Below are positions 19,363 through 28,479 of a stretch of 64,000 nt of DNA, piece by piece. Location of the stretch: contig CAZWHG010000005.1 of NCBI GenBank assembly GCA_964633785.1, positions 4,440-68,439 of the forward strand, in the 5' to 3' direction. The DNA comes from an uncultured Methanotrichaceae archaeon (lineage in GTDB: Archaea > Halobacteriota > Methanosarcinia > Methanotrichales > Methanotrichaceae). The position numbers and the translations under genes are program-made. The notes below the pieces were generated by a model. That model was not told the DNA's origin. It saw only the letters and a program-made list of their open reading frames with translations, and made no database searches. Each line of letters starts with the position of its first letter. Positions within the stretch are counted from its first letter, which is position 1.

Positions 19363-20937
19363 CTAGTCTGCCGGCCAGACATAGATGTAAATGTAGTTGG
19401 ACCAATCATTGCAGTGGTAGCTTAGTATATGCCAGCCGGGATTATTTGCCTTAAACCAGGTCTGGTACCATCCGGTGCTCTTGTAGCCGAAGTTCTTGAC
19501 CTCAGGGGGGCAATAGTAGCCAGGTCCGCTGCTACAAGCCGTCCACTCAAAAGACCAGTAGGCGCCCGGTCGGCTTACTTTGGACCAGAGAGGCAGCCAT
19601 GCCCCGCAAAATACGCCAGCCACTGTTGCCAGCCTTCCCGGGCAGCTCTGTACGTAATACTCATTGCATTTGCAGATGGATGGCACAGGATAGACAGCTT
19701 GATAGCTTTGCGCAGCGTAGCCGTAAGGCGCACTCTGGCTTGCGGGAGTGACGCAGGTGGGACAACCCCTCTCATAAGGATAGCTGCTGGAAACACCGCC
19801 CGTAATTACAGTAGAGCTTGTACAGGTAGTGCAGGTTTTGCGAGAAGAGCTAGCCTGGCCGGGAAGGATTGCTGCACCGGCGTAAGCCGCTTGATTAGGA
19901 TAGTTGATCAATGCAGGATTCGCTATCGCTGGATTTTCGAGCTGTCCTGTCCCGCTTGATGAAAAGGGAACATTACTAGGATAACTGTAGCCACTCTGAG
20001 AGGACTGATCTGTGATCGGCCTGTAAAGGTTGAAATCAGGCAAGACAATCCTTTCGGCTGCTGGATCAGGTGGAATGGGCGCATCCAGGGGCAGAGACGC
20101 TGCGCTCATGCTTGGCGCTGCACTTGAGAAGTCCGATGGCGCTGATAGGACGGCGCCCCTAGGATGCACATAAATGTAGATGTAGTTGGACCATATGCCG
20201 CTGTTGTAGCAGAGGATATGCCAACCGGGGACATCTCCGCAAAACCAGCCCTTCTTCCAGCCATTTCCCGTCCAGCCCCACCATCGCACCGAGGGGGTGG
20301 ACTGTCCTGGGTACCATTCATAGACAAAGAAGTTGCCGCTTGATTTGATATCCGCCCAAAGGGGAAGATAGCCTCTGTTGCTGCATCCTCCCACCGTTCT
20401 AAAGCCGGAGGCAGTCTGTACATAGAATCTGTTTGCAGAAACTACAGAACTGGGATAATACCAGATGCTGGAGCCGGGCTGTGCGGCCTGAACGAAAGAC
20501 TGAGTAGAAGACTGCACAGGCGCGGATACTATCTGAGTTGTGTCGATCGGCTGAGACGCAGACACGAAGCCCAGATTCCCGTCAGGAGCGAAGCTCTCCA
20601 TTTGCGGCTGCGAGAGTCCCAGCTTCTCTGCCGTCATTTGCTCTTGCATTGGCCCAATGATCTGAGGAGCCGGGTAAGCGGATTGCTGGCTCAAGGGATT
20701 ATCCTGGCCCTGCACAGGATAGCCGTCATAAGACGACAATGATGGTCGGCTTATCGATGCCTGATCGGATAGTGTTGGCATGTAAGAATCTGTATCCATG
20801 CCGGCCGGAGATCTTTGCTCCTGCGGGATAATAGCGGATGTATCCGATATACCCACATCGCCTACTGCACCTAAGGCGGTGTTAATCATGACCAAAAACA
20901 TGATTGACGACTTAATATAAAACTTCATACACCCCAC
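19363..20937 (-). CDS. Secreted protein with P/Q/S-rich linkers and two copies of a Trp/Tyr-rich domain
   Basis: It has the signal 'IMFLVMINTALGA'. The two paralogous domains end 'PGWHILCYNSGIWSNYIYIYVHP' and 'PGWHILSYHCNDWSNYIYIYVWP'. Confidence 0.8.
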   Translation of the reverse strand: MGCMKFYIKSSIMFLVMINTALGAVGDVGISDTSAIIPQEQRSPAGMDTDSYMPTLSDQASISRPSLSSYDGYPVQGQDNPLSQQSAYPAPQIIGPMQEQMTAEKLGLSQPQMESFAPDGNLGFVSASQPIDTTQIVSAPVQSSTQSFVQAAQPGSSIWYYPSSVVSANRFYVQTASGFRTVGGCSNRGYLPLWADIKSSGNFFVYEWYPGQSTPSVRWWGWTGNGWKKGWFCGDVPGWHILCYNSGIWSNYIYIYVHPRGAVLSAPSDFSSAAPSMSAASLPLDAPIPPDPAAERIVLPDFNLYRPITDQSSQSGYSYPSNVPFSSSGTGQLENPAIANPALINYPNQAAYAGAAILPGQASSSRKTCTTCTSSTVITGGVSSSYPYERGCPTCVTPASQSAPYGYAAQSYQAVYPVPSICKCNEYYVQSCPGRLATVAGVFCGAWLPLWSKVSRPGAYWSFEWTACSSGPGYYCPPEVKNFGYKSTGWYQTWFKANNPGWHILSYHCNDWSNYIYIYVWPAD

Positions 20938-21066
20938 TCCATGGGTTTGCTTTCTCCAAACTGTTTTAGAGCGCTCTATCTATTTAATACTTGGCTTGTG
21001 GTTCCGAGAGCAGGAAGCCAATTAGCATATAATAATATTAACAAAAAATGTGCTTGCTCTGGCAAG

Positions 21067-21831
21067 CTATTGACCACTGCCCCGGCACCAGTTGATTCTC
21101 ACCATCTCTGCCAGACGGGGATTGGTAAACTGATTATAGATATCCAGATCGGTAGTATAACCTATAAATGGATCTATGGTGCCTTTCTCCAGGTTCATTA
21201 TCCAAATCTTAAGACCTTTATCCTCTGCAGCCTGCCCATTCTCTTGGAAGAACTGCACAAATGGTTCCAATGTCTCGCTGCTTGGCACCAGGATGATATA
21301 GTCAATTCCCGGCTCGGGATTGTAATTATTGATATCCAGAGACTTTACGCTTGCGACTACAAACACCTTTGCCGTGCGTTTTGCAGCAGAAAATGTCAAA
21401 TCTTGCCTGCTCCCTGCGGTGAGGATGTACCCAGCTTCATTCATAAAATTCGTCAGTCGATCTATTAGGCACTGGATCAGGATGACCTTCAGCTCGGGAA
21501 GAGAGCGAAGAAGCATGTCTGCCGCATTTGTAAAATCCTGTTTGCCGTATCTCTTGGAATGCGAAAAATGGAAGATGCGGCCATCAATTTGGGTGTAGGT
21601 ATCAAGCGCGGGCAGGTCGGGGAATATTGGCTCTTTGCTCATGATGCTGGCAAAGATGCCGGAGGCAATATTCTCTCCCACGGTTTCGACCAGCTCCCTT
21701 CGCTCCTGGTCGCTTAATTTTGCAGATCGAACTATATCGTAGGTGCGAAGGAGAAGCTCACACCTGGCAATGATTTTCCTCTCTTGGAGCAGCTCTCTGA
21801 GAGGACCGGCTATTTTTTCAATTTCTGTCAT
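21067..21831 (-). CDS. Hypothetical protein translationally coupled to mptA
   Basis: Its start ATG overlaps the mptA stop (TAATG) at 21831. It is a 254-aa soluble protein with no motif I recognise. Confidence 0.8.
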   Translation of the reverse strand: MTEIEKIAGPLRELLQERKIIARCELLLRTYDIVRSAKLSDQERRELVETVGENIASGIFASIMSKEPIFPDLPALDTYTQIDGRIFHFSHSKRYGKQDFTNAADMLLRSLPELKVILIQCLIDRLTNFMNEAGYILTAGSRQDLTFSAAKRTAKVFVVASVKSLDINNYNPEPGIDYIILVPSSETLEPFVQFFQENGQAAEDKGLKIWIMNLEKGTIDPFIGYTTDLDIYNQFTNPRLAEMVRINWCRGSGQ

Positions 21832-22805
21832 TATCTGTCCCTTATTTCATCAATCCCTTTAACGCGGGCTAATTCTGCTCGCAGCTCGCCCATCTTTGCC
21901 GTTCTCTCCGCAAAGGCATTATGCTGGTGAATGCTCTCCTCATTGATCTGCTTTAAGGTCACCGCGGCGTCATCAGGAAGATCGGAAAAAGTCTCTACCA
22001 GCTTCTGGGCCATGGTACGAACGCAATCCTCCACAAACTTAGGGTTGCTGTGAGCCCTCTTCACTACTACAGCCTCGTCCGGACGTTTGAGCAGTCCAAA
22101 CACTTTGGAACTCATGGACTCTTCAATGATCTTGATGATCCTGTCGATGGAAACGCAACGCCTGTCATGAATCTCTACAGAAATGCTGCCCCGGCCACGC
22201 TGATTGTGCGTGGCCACGGGCAGCCGCTCGGCCAGTTCAGCTGCCGCCTGTATAGAGAGCCCTGCTTTAGCCAGCTCTTGGCGTACCTGCTCTTTCATTA
22301 TCTCCTGAGCGCAGGGACAGGCAGTCATGCCTAAAACCTCAGCTCCTACCGTCTTTCGCACGTATCCTGTGGGTCCGGCCCTGGCTACCGCCTCGGCAAA
22401 GATGTCCACTACTTCCTGGCAGTTGACTCTTGTCACAGGTGTCTGTCTGCGCACAATGTACTCGCTTTTCATCTTCACTTCCGCCCGGGAGGCATACTCA
22501 TGCCTGGAAAGAAGTCTCTTGGCAATCTCCCCACAAAGCTCCTCAATCTCATAGACAGGGCAGTTTATGGCCTCCTCTAAAACTTCATCGATCACCTCAA
22601 AGTTGCGAGAGAGATTGGCCCCTTTGCGGTCAGAGGGAAGATCGACAAAGACCTCAAAATTGGATATGAGAACTACGGGCCTCTCATCGTTCCCACGCTC
22701 AACTTTCACCAGCTTTTTGACGCCGGTCACACCCACTCTGGTTAAATTGAAGGGATAATCTGGCTCGCAAGCTTGAATATCAGGTAGGTTGTCCACTAAA
22801 TTCAC
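21831..22805 (-). CDS. mptA: GTP cyclohydrolase MptA (FolE2/type IV family)
   Basis: FolE2-type blocks are present: 'LPDIQ', '[10 protein letters not shown]', '[10 protein letters not shown]' and 'THNQRGRG'. Confidence 0.9.
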   Translation of the reverse strand: MNLVDNLPDIQACEPDYPFNLTRVGVTGVKKLVKVERGNDERPVVLISNFEVFVDLPSDRKGANLSRNFEVIDEVLEEAINCPVYEIEELCGEIAKRLLSRHEYASRAEVKMKSEYIVRRQTPVTRVNCQEVVDIFAEAVARAGPTGYVRKTVGAEVLGMTACPCAQEIMKEQVRQELAKAGLSIQAAAELAERLPVATHNQRGRGSISVEIHDRRCVSIDRIIKIIEESMSSKVFGLLKRPDEAVVVKRAHSNPKFVEDCVRTMAQKLVETFSDLPDDAAVTLKQINEESIHQHNAFAERTAKMGELRAELARVKGIDEIRDR

Positions 22806-22816
22806 CTTGTGCTCGA

Positions 22817-23032
22817 TTACTTATCCTCGTCTTCGAGCGACTCGTCCTCTATTTCGTCTATGCGAGAGATGAGTCGGCCTACTTCCAGCATTAACTCATC
22901 GAGGGTATCGCTGATCCGCTGGTGGCGCTCATCCGAGAGTTGGAAAGACCTTTCCATTTCCGCCAATAACTCCTCATCGCCCATATCGAGCATCTTGCAT
23001 ATCTTTTTCTCGACATCATTGGAACCGGGCAT
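22817..23032 (-). CDS. Small acidic coiled-coil-like protein, 71 aa
   Basis: It lies 11 nt upstream of mptA on the same strand. The overlapping plus-strand ORF 22809..23108 is Ser-rich and looks like antisense. Confidence 0.45.
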   Translation of the reverse strand: MPGSNDVEKKICKMLDMGDEELLAEMERSFQLSDERHQRISDTLDELMLEVGRLISRIDEIEDESLEDEDK

Positions 23033-23126
23033 GAAGGTTTATCCGGCGCAAACATATTTGAGACTTTGCTCGGCGGTCAGATATATCTATGCGAAGGGTC
23101 TACCTTAATAGAAAGGAGTTCTACTG

Positions 23127-23774
23127 ATGATCAAGCGTTGCCCTCAACACGGTTTTTTCAGGGGAGAGCATTGTGAGTGCGGCTCTGCCGGTCAGCTTCT
23201 TTTGGATGAGACCAAAACGGAGCAGCTGGGTCGGCTGGTAGCGGGCTGTCTGCGACATTTCCCTGGTGATCTGGGCCTGGTTATGGACTCCCGTGGTTGG
23301 GTCGATCTCACCAAGCTCGGCCTTGTGGTAACGAGCAGGCACCGCTGGGCCGGCAAAGAATTGGTGATTGCGCTCGTAGAGTCTGATTCCAAGCAGAGAT
23401 ACGAGATTGCAGACGACAAAGTCAGAGCCAGATATGGCCATTCCGTGGATGTAGAACTTGATCACCCGAAAAATAAGCTACCTAAACTCTACTATGGAGC
23501 AAGTGAAGAGGAAGCTGACAGGATCCTGGAGATCGGCATCAAGTCTGCATCTCAACGGTACGTTCATTTATCCACCACTCCGGAAAAGGCCTGGCATGTG
23601 GCGACATTTCGCACCGGCAACCCCAGAGTGATTCAGGCCGATGCCGCGGCAGCGCAAGAGGCAGGGGTGAAGATGATGACAGTGAACGATGATATCATCA
23701 TCTCGGAGACAATTCCGCCCCGGTTCCTTTCCATACTTGCCGCCAAGGACATTGCCAAACAAGGAATAAAATAG
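23127..23774 (+). CDS. kptA: RNA 2'-phosphotransferase (Tpt1/KptA) with an N-terminal Cys/His cluster
   Basis: 'LGRLVAGCLRHFPGDLGLVMDSRGWVDL' and 'YVHLSTTPEKA' match Tpt1 blocks. The N-terminus is 'CPQHGFFRGEHCECG'. Confidence 0.9.
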   Translation: MIKRCPQHGFFRGEHCECGSAGQLLLDETKTEQLGRLVAGCLRHFPGDLGLVMDSRGWVDLTKLGLVVTSRHRWAGKELVIALVESDSKQRYEIADDKVRARYGHSVDVELDHPKNKLPKLYYGASEEEADRILEIGIKSASQRYVHLSTTPEKAWHVATFRTGNPRVIQADAAAAQEAGVKMMTVNDDIIISETIPPRFLSILAAKDIAKQGIK

Positions 23775-23787
23775 GAATATCTGAATA

Positions 23788-24432
23788 CTAGCGGCCGAAG
23801 CGTCTCTCCCTTCGCTGGCAATCCCGGATGGCCCGCAGAAAATCGATCTTTCTCAGCTCTTGCCAGTTGACATCGGTAAAATAAAGCTCTGAATAAGCCG
23901 CCTGCCAGATCATGAAGTCGCTCAGTCTCTTTCCGCCCGCCCTAATCACCAGATCGGGCTTCTGGGAAAATCGCAGATGCGATTCAATGGTTTTCTCGTC
24001 GATCTCCTCGGGACGTAGATGCCCCGTTTCCACGTCCTTGAGAAGACCCCGGAATGCCTCTGCCACCTCGCGTTTGCCTCCATAGCCCAGAGATATTACT
24101 ACCTTGAGCGGACCGCCGGTGCCCGTTTGCTCTACGCCCTCTCTGGTATGCAAGCTGATTTGGGCGGGCGCGGCCGCAAGTTGGGCGGCAATCTTGCGCA
24201 GGAGCAGGGGCGCATCATCGTTCACATAGAGCACCAGGGAGGTAAGACCAATGGATCGGCACCATTCCAGCAGCTGGCCGAGGCGCAATAGACCATCACC
24301 GAATAGATCGCCACTGCAAAGAACAATTGCCACACATCCGGGCAGATTGCTTCTTGCGATCCGGGATTGCTGGAGATGCTCGTAGATGCGGTAAATCATA
24401 GTTGGTCTTTGATGCACTTCTCCCATAGGCAA
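23788..24432 (-). CDS. UppS-family (cis-prenyltransferase-fold) protein lacking the canonical N-terminal catalytic motifs
   Basis: The C-terminus 'DLVIRAGGKRLSDFMIWQAAYSELYFTDVNW...RRERRFGR' is UppS-like, including a terminal RxG. The N-terminus 'VAIVLCSGD' replaces 'IIMDGNGRWA', and there is no 'FSTENW'. Confidence 0.8.
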   Translation of the reverse strand: MPMGEVHQRPTMIYRIYEHLQQSRIARSNLPGCVAIVLCSGDLFGDGLLRLGQLLEWCRSIGLTSLVLYVNDDAPLLLRKIAAQLAAAPAQISLHTREGVEQTGTGGPLKVVISLGYGGKREVAEAFRGLLKDVETGHLRPEEIDEKTIESHLRFSQKPDLVIRAGGKRLSDFMIWQAAYSELYFTDVNWQELRKIDFLRAIRDCQRRERRFGR

Positions 24433-24451
24433 AGTATTTTTGCAATGAAAA

Positions 24452-25672
24452 TTGTCATGTAGCCCTATGAAGCGGGAAGATATAGCCCGGATAGCTATTG
24501 GACTGATGGTCCTGTTGCTGCCTTATGCCGGAGCTTTCACTGTCGTTCCCCTGGCGGCCGTATTCTTCCTGGACCGTGGCTCTCGCCTGCTTTGTGCATC
24601 CCTGGCCATGCTGCTCATCATGAGGCCGGCCCTTTTCCTCACGGATACCAATCTGCCGCAATACGTCATCGCCATCTCTTTTGTGGCCTCAACGTTTGCC
24701 CCTCTCGCCTTCCGTAAGTTCGATTCTCTGGCAGGCAGCATCGTGTATCTGCTCATCAATGTGGGCCTTGGATATCCCGTCGCGAGCCTGATCTCCGCAG
24801 GCAGCCTCTCCTCGGAGAGGATACTGTTCCTGGTCATCCTGGGAGGACTGTCCGGCGCTTTTCTGCACCACGTCTCCAAAGAGCGGGACTTCACAGTGCC
24901 CTTTGGCACTGCCATGGTTATGTGGCTTTTTTCTTTCGATTACCCGCTGCCGGAGCTGCAGCGCATTCTGCTCATCTGCATCTTCGCCCTGGTACTGGGC
25001 ATTGGCGCCTACTGGGCCAAAGCCGCGGACTCGGATGCCGTGCTCAGCGAGACCATCGTCTGCCTGCTGGTGATACTCTTTGCCGGCATCTCCTGGTTTA
25101 TCCTGCTCTTAGCCTTCTATTTGCTGGGAGGGGGTTTTACTCGTTATGGATATTCCCATAAGCATAAGCTGGGCATAGCTCAGTCCCACGGAGGCAGACG
25201 GGGATACAAGAACGTCTACAGTAACAGCCTGGTGCCTCTTGTTCTGGCCATCTGCTACGGAGTTTACGGCAATGATGTCTTTATCTTTGCCTTCATCGCC
25301 TCTGTGGCTACCGCCAACGGGGATACTCTGGCCAGCGAGATTGGTGAGACCAGTAGATCCAAACCCCGCATGATAACCACGCTCAAAGAGACTCAGCCGG
25401 GCGTGGACGGAGGAGTAACGCCCCTGGGAGAAGCCGCCTCGCTTGCCGGAGCCATCATCATCGGCCTTCTAGCAACGGGCATGGGGATGGTGGGCGTCAT
25501 TGGTATCGTCGTCGCTGCTATCGGCGGATTCCTGGGCACGAACTTCGACAGCCTTCTCGGTGCAACGCTGCAGAGCCGGGGCCTCTTGAGCAACAACGGT
25601 GTGAATCTGGTGGCTACAGCCTTCGGCGCTCTAGTGGGGGGCGTCCTCTGGTATATCCTGCAAATTATTTAG
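24452..25672 (+). CDS. Polytopic membrane protein with a C-terminal DUF92/COG1836-type domain
   Basis: 'GYKNVYSNSLVPL...ATANGDTLASEIGE...GVDGGVTPLGEAASLAG' resembles DUF92 (TMEM19/VTE6 family). The track start is TTG 24452; ATG 24467 ('MKREDI') is the more likely start. Confidence 0.75.
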   Translation: MSCSPMKREDIARIAIGLMVLLLPYAGAFTVVPLAAVFFLDRGSRLLCASLAMLLIMRPALFLTDTNLPQYVIAISFVASTFAPLAFRKFDSLAGSIVYLLINVGLGYPVASLISAGSLSSERILFLVILGGLSGAFLHHVSKERDFTVPFGTAMVMWLFSFDYPLPELQRILLICIFALVLGIGAYWAKAADSDAVLSETIVCLLVILFAGISWFILLLAFYLLGGGFTRYGYSHKHKLGIAQSHGGRRGYKNVYSNSLVPLVLAICYGVYGNDVFIFAFIASVATANGDTLASEIGETSRSKPRMITTLKETQPGVDGGVTPLGEAASLAGAIIIGLLATGMGMVGVIGIVVAAIGGFLGTNFDSLLGATLQSRGLLSNNGVNLVATAFGALVGGVLWYILQII

Positions 25673-25680
25673 GAATAATT

Positions 25681-26508
25681 ATGAAGATATTCGGAATCTT
25701 TGGGGACCCAATAGAGCACAGTCTATCTCCCGCCATGCAGAACGCTGCCCTGAGGGCGCTGGGTGAAGATGCCTGCTATCATGCCTTTCGCGTCGCCCAG
25801 GCGGATCTGGAGGCTGCCCTTCTTGGGGCTGCGGCCATGGGCTTTTCCGGACTGAATCTGACCATTCCGCTCAAGGAAAAGGCGCTGGAATTGGATTTCT
25901 TGCAGCCTGATACTCTCGCGAAGGCCATCGGTGCGGTGAACACGGTGAGCTTCGGCCCAAAGGGCCTAGCGGGCTACAACACAGACGGATGGGGGGCGCT
26001 CATGGCATTGCAGGATGCCGGGGTAAAAATCAGGGGCAAGAAGGTGCTGATAGTCGGCGCAGGTGGCGCGGCGCGGGCTATTGCCTACACTCTGGAGCAG
26101 GAAGGGGCGGATATCGCAATCGCGAACCGCAGCCTGAAGAGGGCAGAGGAGCTGGCGGCTCAGGTGAGCGCCAAAGGCTTTTGCCTGTGCGACCTCGCAA
26201 GGCTCGTCCCTCAGGCGGACATAATAATAAACTGCACATCGGTGGGAATGCGAGCGGGCGATCCCAGGCTGCTGGAGAGAAGTTTTTTGCAGAGCCATCA
26301 GGCGGTCTTTGATATCGTCTACAACCGGGAGACAGAGCTGCTCAAGGATGCCCGCGCTGCCGGGGCGGTGGCCGTGGACGGAGTGATGATGCTAGTCTAC
26401 CAGGGAGCCAAGGCTCTGGAGATCTGGATCGGCAAAAAGGCTCCTGTGGATGTGATGGAGAGGGCGGTTCGAGAGGCTCTGGCTGCCAGGCGGGCTGGAA
26501 AGGGTTGA
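25681..26508 (+). CDS. aroE: Shikimate dehydrogenase
   Basis: The motifs are 'SLSPAMQNAALR', 'YNTDGWG' and the NADP loop 'GAGGAARA'. Confidence 0.92.
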   Translation: MKIFGIFGDPIEHSLSPAMQNAALRALGEDACYHAFRVAQADLEAALLGAAAMGFSGLNLTIPLKEKALELDFLQPDTLAKAIGAVNTVSFGPKGLAGYNTDGWGALMALQDAGVKIRGKKVLIVGAGGAARAIAYTLEQEGADIAIANRSLKRAEELAAQVSAKGFCLCDLARLVPQADIIINCTSVGMRAGDPRLLERSFLQSHQAVFDIVYNRETELLKDARAAGAVAVDGVMMLVYQGAKALEIWIGKKAPVDVMERAVREALAARRAGKG

Positions 26509-26731
26509 AAAGAGAGTGAATGCAGCTATTCGAAATATGCTTTATGGAATGGATTTTCGACAATTGCGCGTTATCGAAAAAAACGCAATCCATAGCGCCA
26601 AAAGATGAAATAGAATCCGGAGCGCACCATCAGACCTTACAGGATCGAAAGCATATTGCCTAGATGGTTGTATAAAATAGTGCGTGTAACACTCAGACCG
26701 AAAAATCTATTAATTAGTTTTAACTAATAAA

Positions 26732-27085
26732 ATGGATATGGGCGCGGATGTAGGCACAGTTGAGGGCAGCGTAGGTAAAGTAGTTGGTGCCAAGCTTACC
26801 CGAAATGAGATTGTCCAGATCAATAGGCTCATAGAGGCTGGTTTCTACCTCAATCCCTCTGACTTCATCCGTGATGCTGTCAGGGAAAAACTGGCGGCAA
26901 TAAAAGTCATTGAATACCGTGATGTAGACTATGATACCGCCAAAAAAGAAGTGGCTGGGTATTTCCGAATGAAAGGTGAAGCATACGCCTCCGATGCCAG
27001 CACCGACCTACAGCTAGATTACGAGCTAGTATGCAAGATTATGGATGATCTGGAGATGGAAGGCAATATGGAGACCATTGAATGA
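26732..27085 (+). CDS. Ribbon-helix-helix (ParD/CopG-like) domain protein with a C-terminal extension
   Basis: 'KLTRNEIVQINRLIEAGFYLNPSDFIRDAVREKL' fits the RHH strand-helix-helix pattern of COG3609-type antitoxins. Confidence 0.6.
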   Translation: MDMGADVGTVEGSVGKVVGAKLTRNEIVQINRLIEAGFYLNPSDFIRDAVREKLAAIKVIEYRDVDYDTAKKEVAGYFRMKGEAYASDASTDLQLDYELVCKIMDDLEMEGNMETIE

Positions 27086-27264
27086 AAGGCTATGGAGTTG
27101 GCGACTCTATCCACGGTCACAGGATTATAGCCGAGGCCAGAAAGGTAAGCGATCCGGTAGTCATAGTCAAGAGTGCCAGGCACAAAGCACAAAGGATGGT
27201 ATTAACAGAAAATGCTTTTGCAATAATTGACAGAAAGGGCCGATGGTGCGGCCAAGGCCCGTGA
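27082..27264 (+). CDS. Hypothetical 60-aa ORF, ATGA-coupled to the RHH gene
   Basis: Only the positional overlap supports it. No motif recognised. Confidence 0.3.
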   Translation: MKGYGVGDSIHGHRIIAEARKVSDPVVIVKSARHKAQRMVLTENAFAIIDRKGRWCGQGP

Positions 27265-27293
27265 TTATCCTGTGACCAGACTGGCTCCCAAGT

Positions 27294-27458
27294 ATGCCTG
27301 GAGCAACAGAGAAAGCCGTTATACAAGATGCCAACGAGGCGGCCCTCAATGAATTCAAAGAGGGGGTAAAAAGAAGCATCAGGCAAGCGGACGCTGGTTT
27401 AGTTAAGACTTTTAAAACTAATGAAGAGTTCCTCGACCACCTGAAGAATCTTGAGTAA
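27294..27458 (+). CDS. Small 54-aa ORF, antitoxin-like by position. It falls below the 60-aa track cut-off.
   Basis: My translation is 'MPGATEKAVIQDANEAALNEFKEGVKRSIRQADAGLVKTFKTNEEFLDHLKNLE'. It ends 5 nt before a RelE/ParE-like remnant. Confidence 0.3.
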   Translation: MPGATEKAVIQDANEAALNEFKEGVKRSIRQADAGLVKTFKTNEEFLDHLKNLE

Positions 27459-27463
27459 GACCC

Positions 27464-27565
27464 ATGGTTTACGAATCCACGCCTGATTTTGATGCCAATT
27501 TATGAAAACTCAAGCGCCATAAGCTCAAACATGCCCGTGGTTCTCACGTATTAAAAAATATATAA
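27464..27565 (+). pseudogene. Possible truncated RelE/ParE-like toxin remnant
   Basis: It reads 'MVYESTPDFDANL*KLKRHKLKHARGSHVLKNI*'. The N-terminus resembles the RelE/ParE start ('..Y.I.FT..F.KDLKKL'), but there is an in-frame TGA and the ORF ends after 34 codons. Confidence 0.2.
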
Positions 27566-27574
27566 CTGATCAAT

Positions 27575-28183
27575 TTATAACTCTGCTTCTATCGTCTCCA
27601 AATTTTGAGCAAATTTGCCCCCAGATCGATAGACTGCTGCACAACCACTGCCACCGTCTTCGGGGCAATCTCCAATCCTCACGGTAAATTGCGCATAGTA
27701 ATTACCCGGATACGGTATACGTTTTGGTGGGATTACCACTTTCCCATATCCAGTTTCGTCTGTGATAAGAGGAAGCTCAAAGTCATAAGCTTCTACACAT
27801 GCCGAGTTCCCTTCGCGTGTGATACAATTATCACCCTTTTTACGTTGTCCTGGAAATTCGGCAAATGCTGCACGAGTTTTGTCATTTAATTCGCTGGGAT
27901 TCTTAGTTAGATCGTCCCTATTAAAGAGATGCACCCCGACCGTATATTTATGGTTCGGTTCAGCTCCGGCAAGTTCGAATTCAAAAATTATTTCGTTCTG
28001 ATCATCAAAATACCATTTTACTGTTCCAACATCGAGCGGTCGATCAAATATATCCCATCCTTTGGTCAGCTCAACCATGTGAGCTTCACCAGATCCAGCC
28101 GTCAATGCAGTCAGCACCATCAATACTGCTACAAGCAATATACCAAATACGTTTGCTTTCATACTCTCCCCCTTAATCTTCAT
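27575..28183 (-). CDS. Secreted hypothetical protein
   Basis: It has the signal 'ANVFGILLVAVLMVLTALTAGSGEA'. No family recognised. Confidence 0.7.
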   Translation of the reverse strand: MKIKGESMKANVFGILLVAVLMVLTALTAGSGEAHMVELTKGWDIFDRPLDVGTVKWYFDDQNEIIFEFELAGAEPNHKYTVGVHLFNRDDLTKNPSELNDKTRAAFAEFPGQRKKGDNCITREGNSACVEAYDFELPLITDETGYGKVVIPPKRIPYPGNYYAQFTVRIGDCPEDGGSGCAAVYRSGGKFAQNLETIEAEL

Positions 28184-28479
28184 GCCGATCTCGACGTTCT
28201 CAGCTTTCGGGTGACTGTGTTCGAAATAAATAAAGATGACGGATTAAGCTATATAGTGATGAAGATTGATTTACGATTTTGGGCCAATTCCACACCAAGC
28301 AATATGTAATAACCTGTTATCTATCTCCTCTTTTTTCGATATGCCATAAACCACAGATATTATTATAGGGAACTCTCAGACTCAAACTCCCTAACGGTGA
28401 GCGAAGGATTACAAATGCAAAGCTTTACGAAGCTTAGAAGCATCTCCTATAATCAAACGAGGAGGAGGGCGAGGGCATA

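Noticed and set aside
20941-21468. 175-aa plus-strand ORF overlapping 21067..21831
   Set aside because: It is antisense to an ORF that is translationally coupled to mptA. Its composition is poor and it has no RBS.
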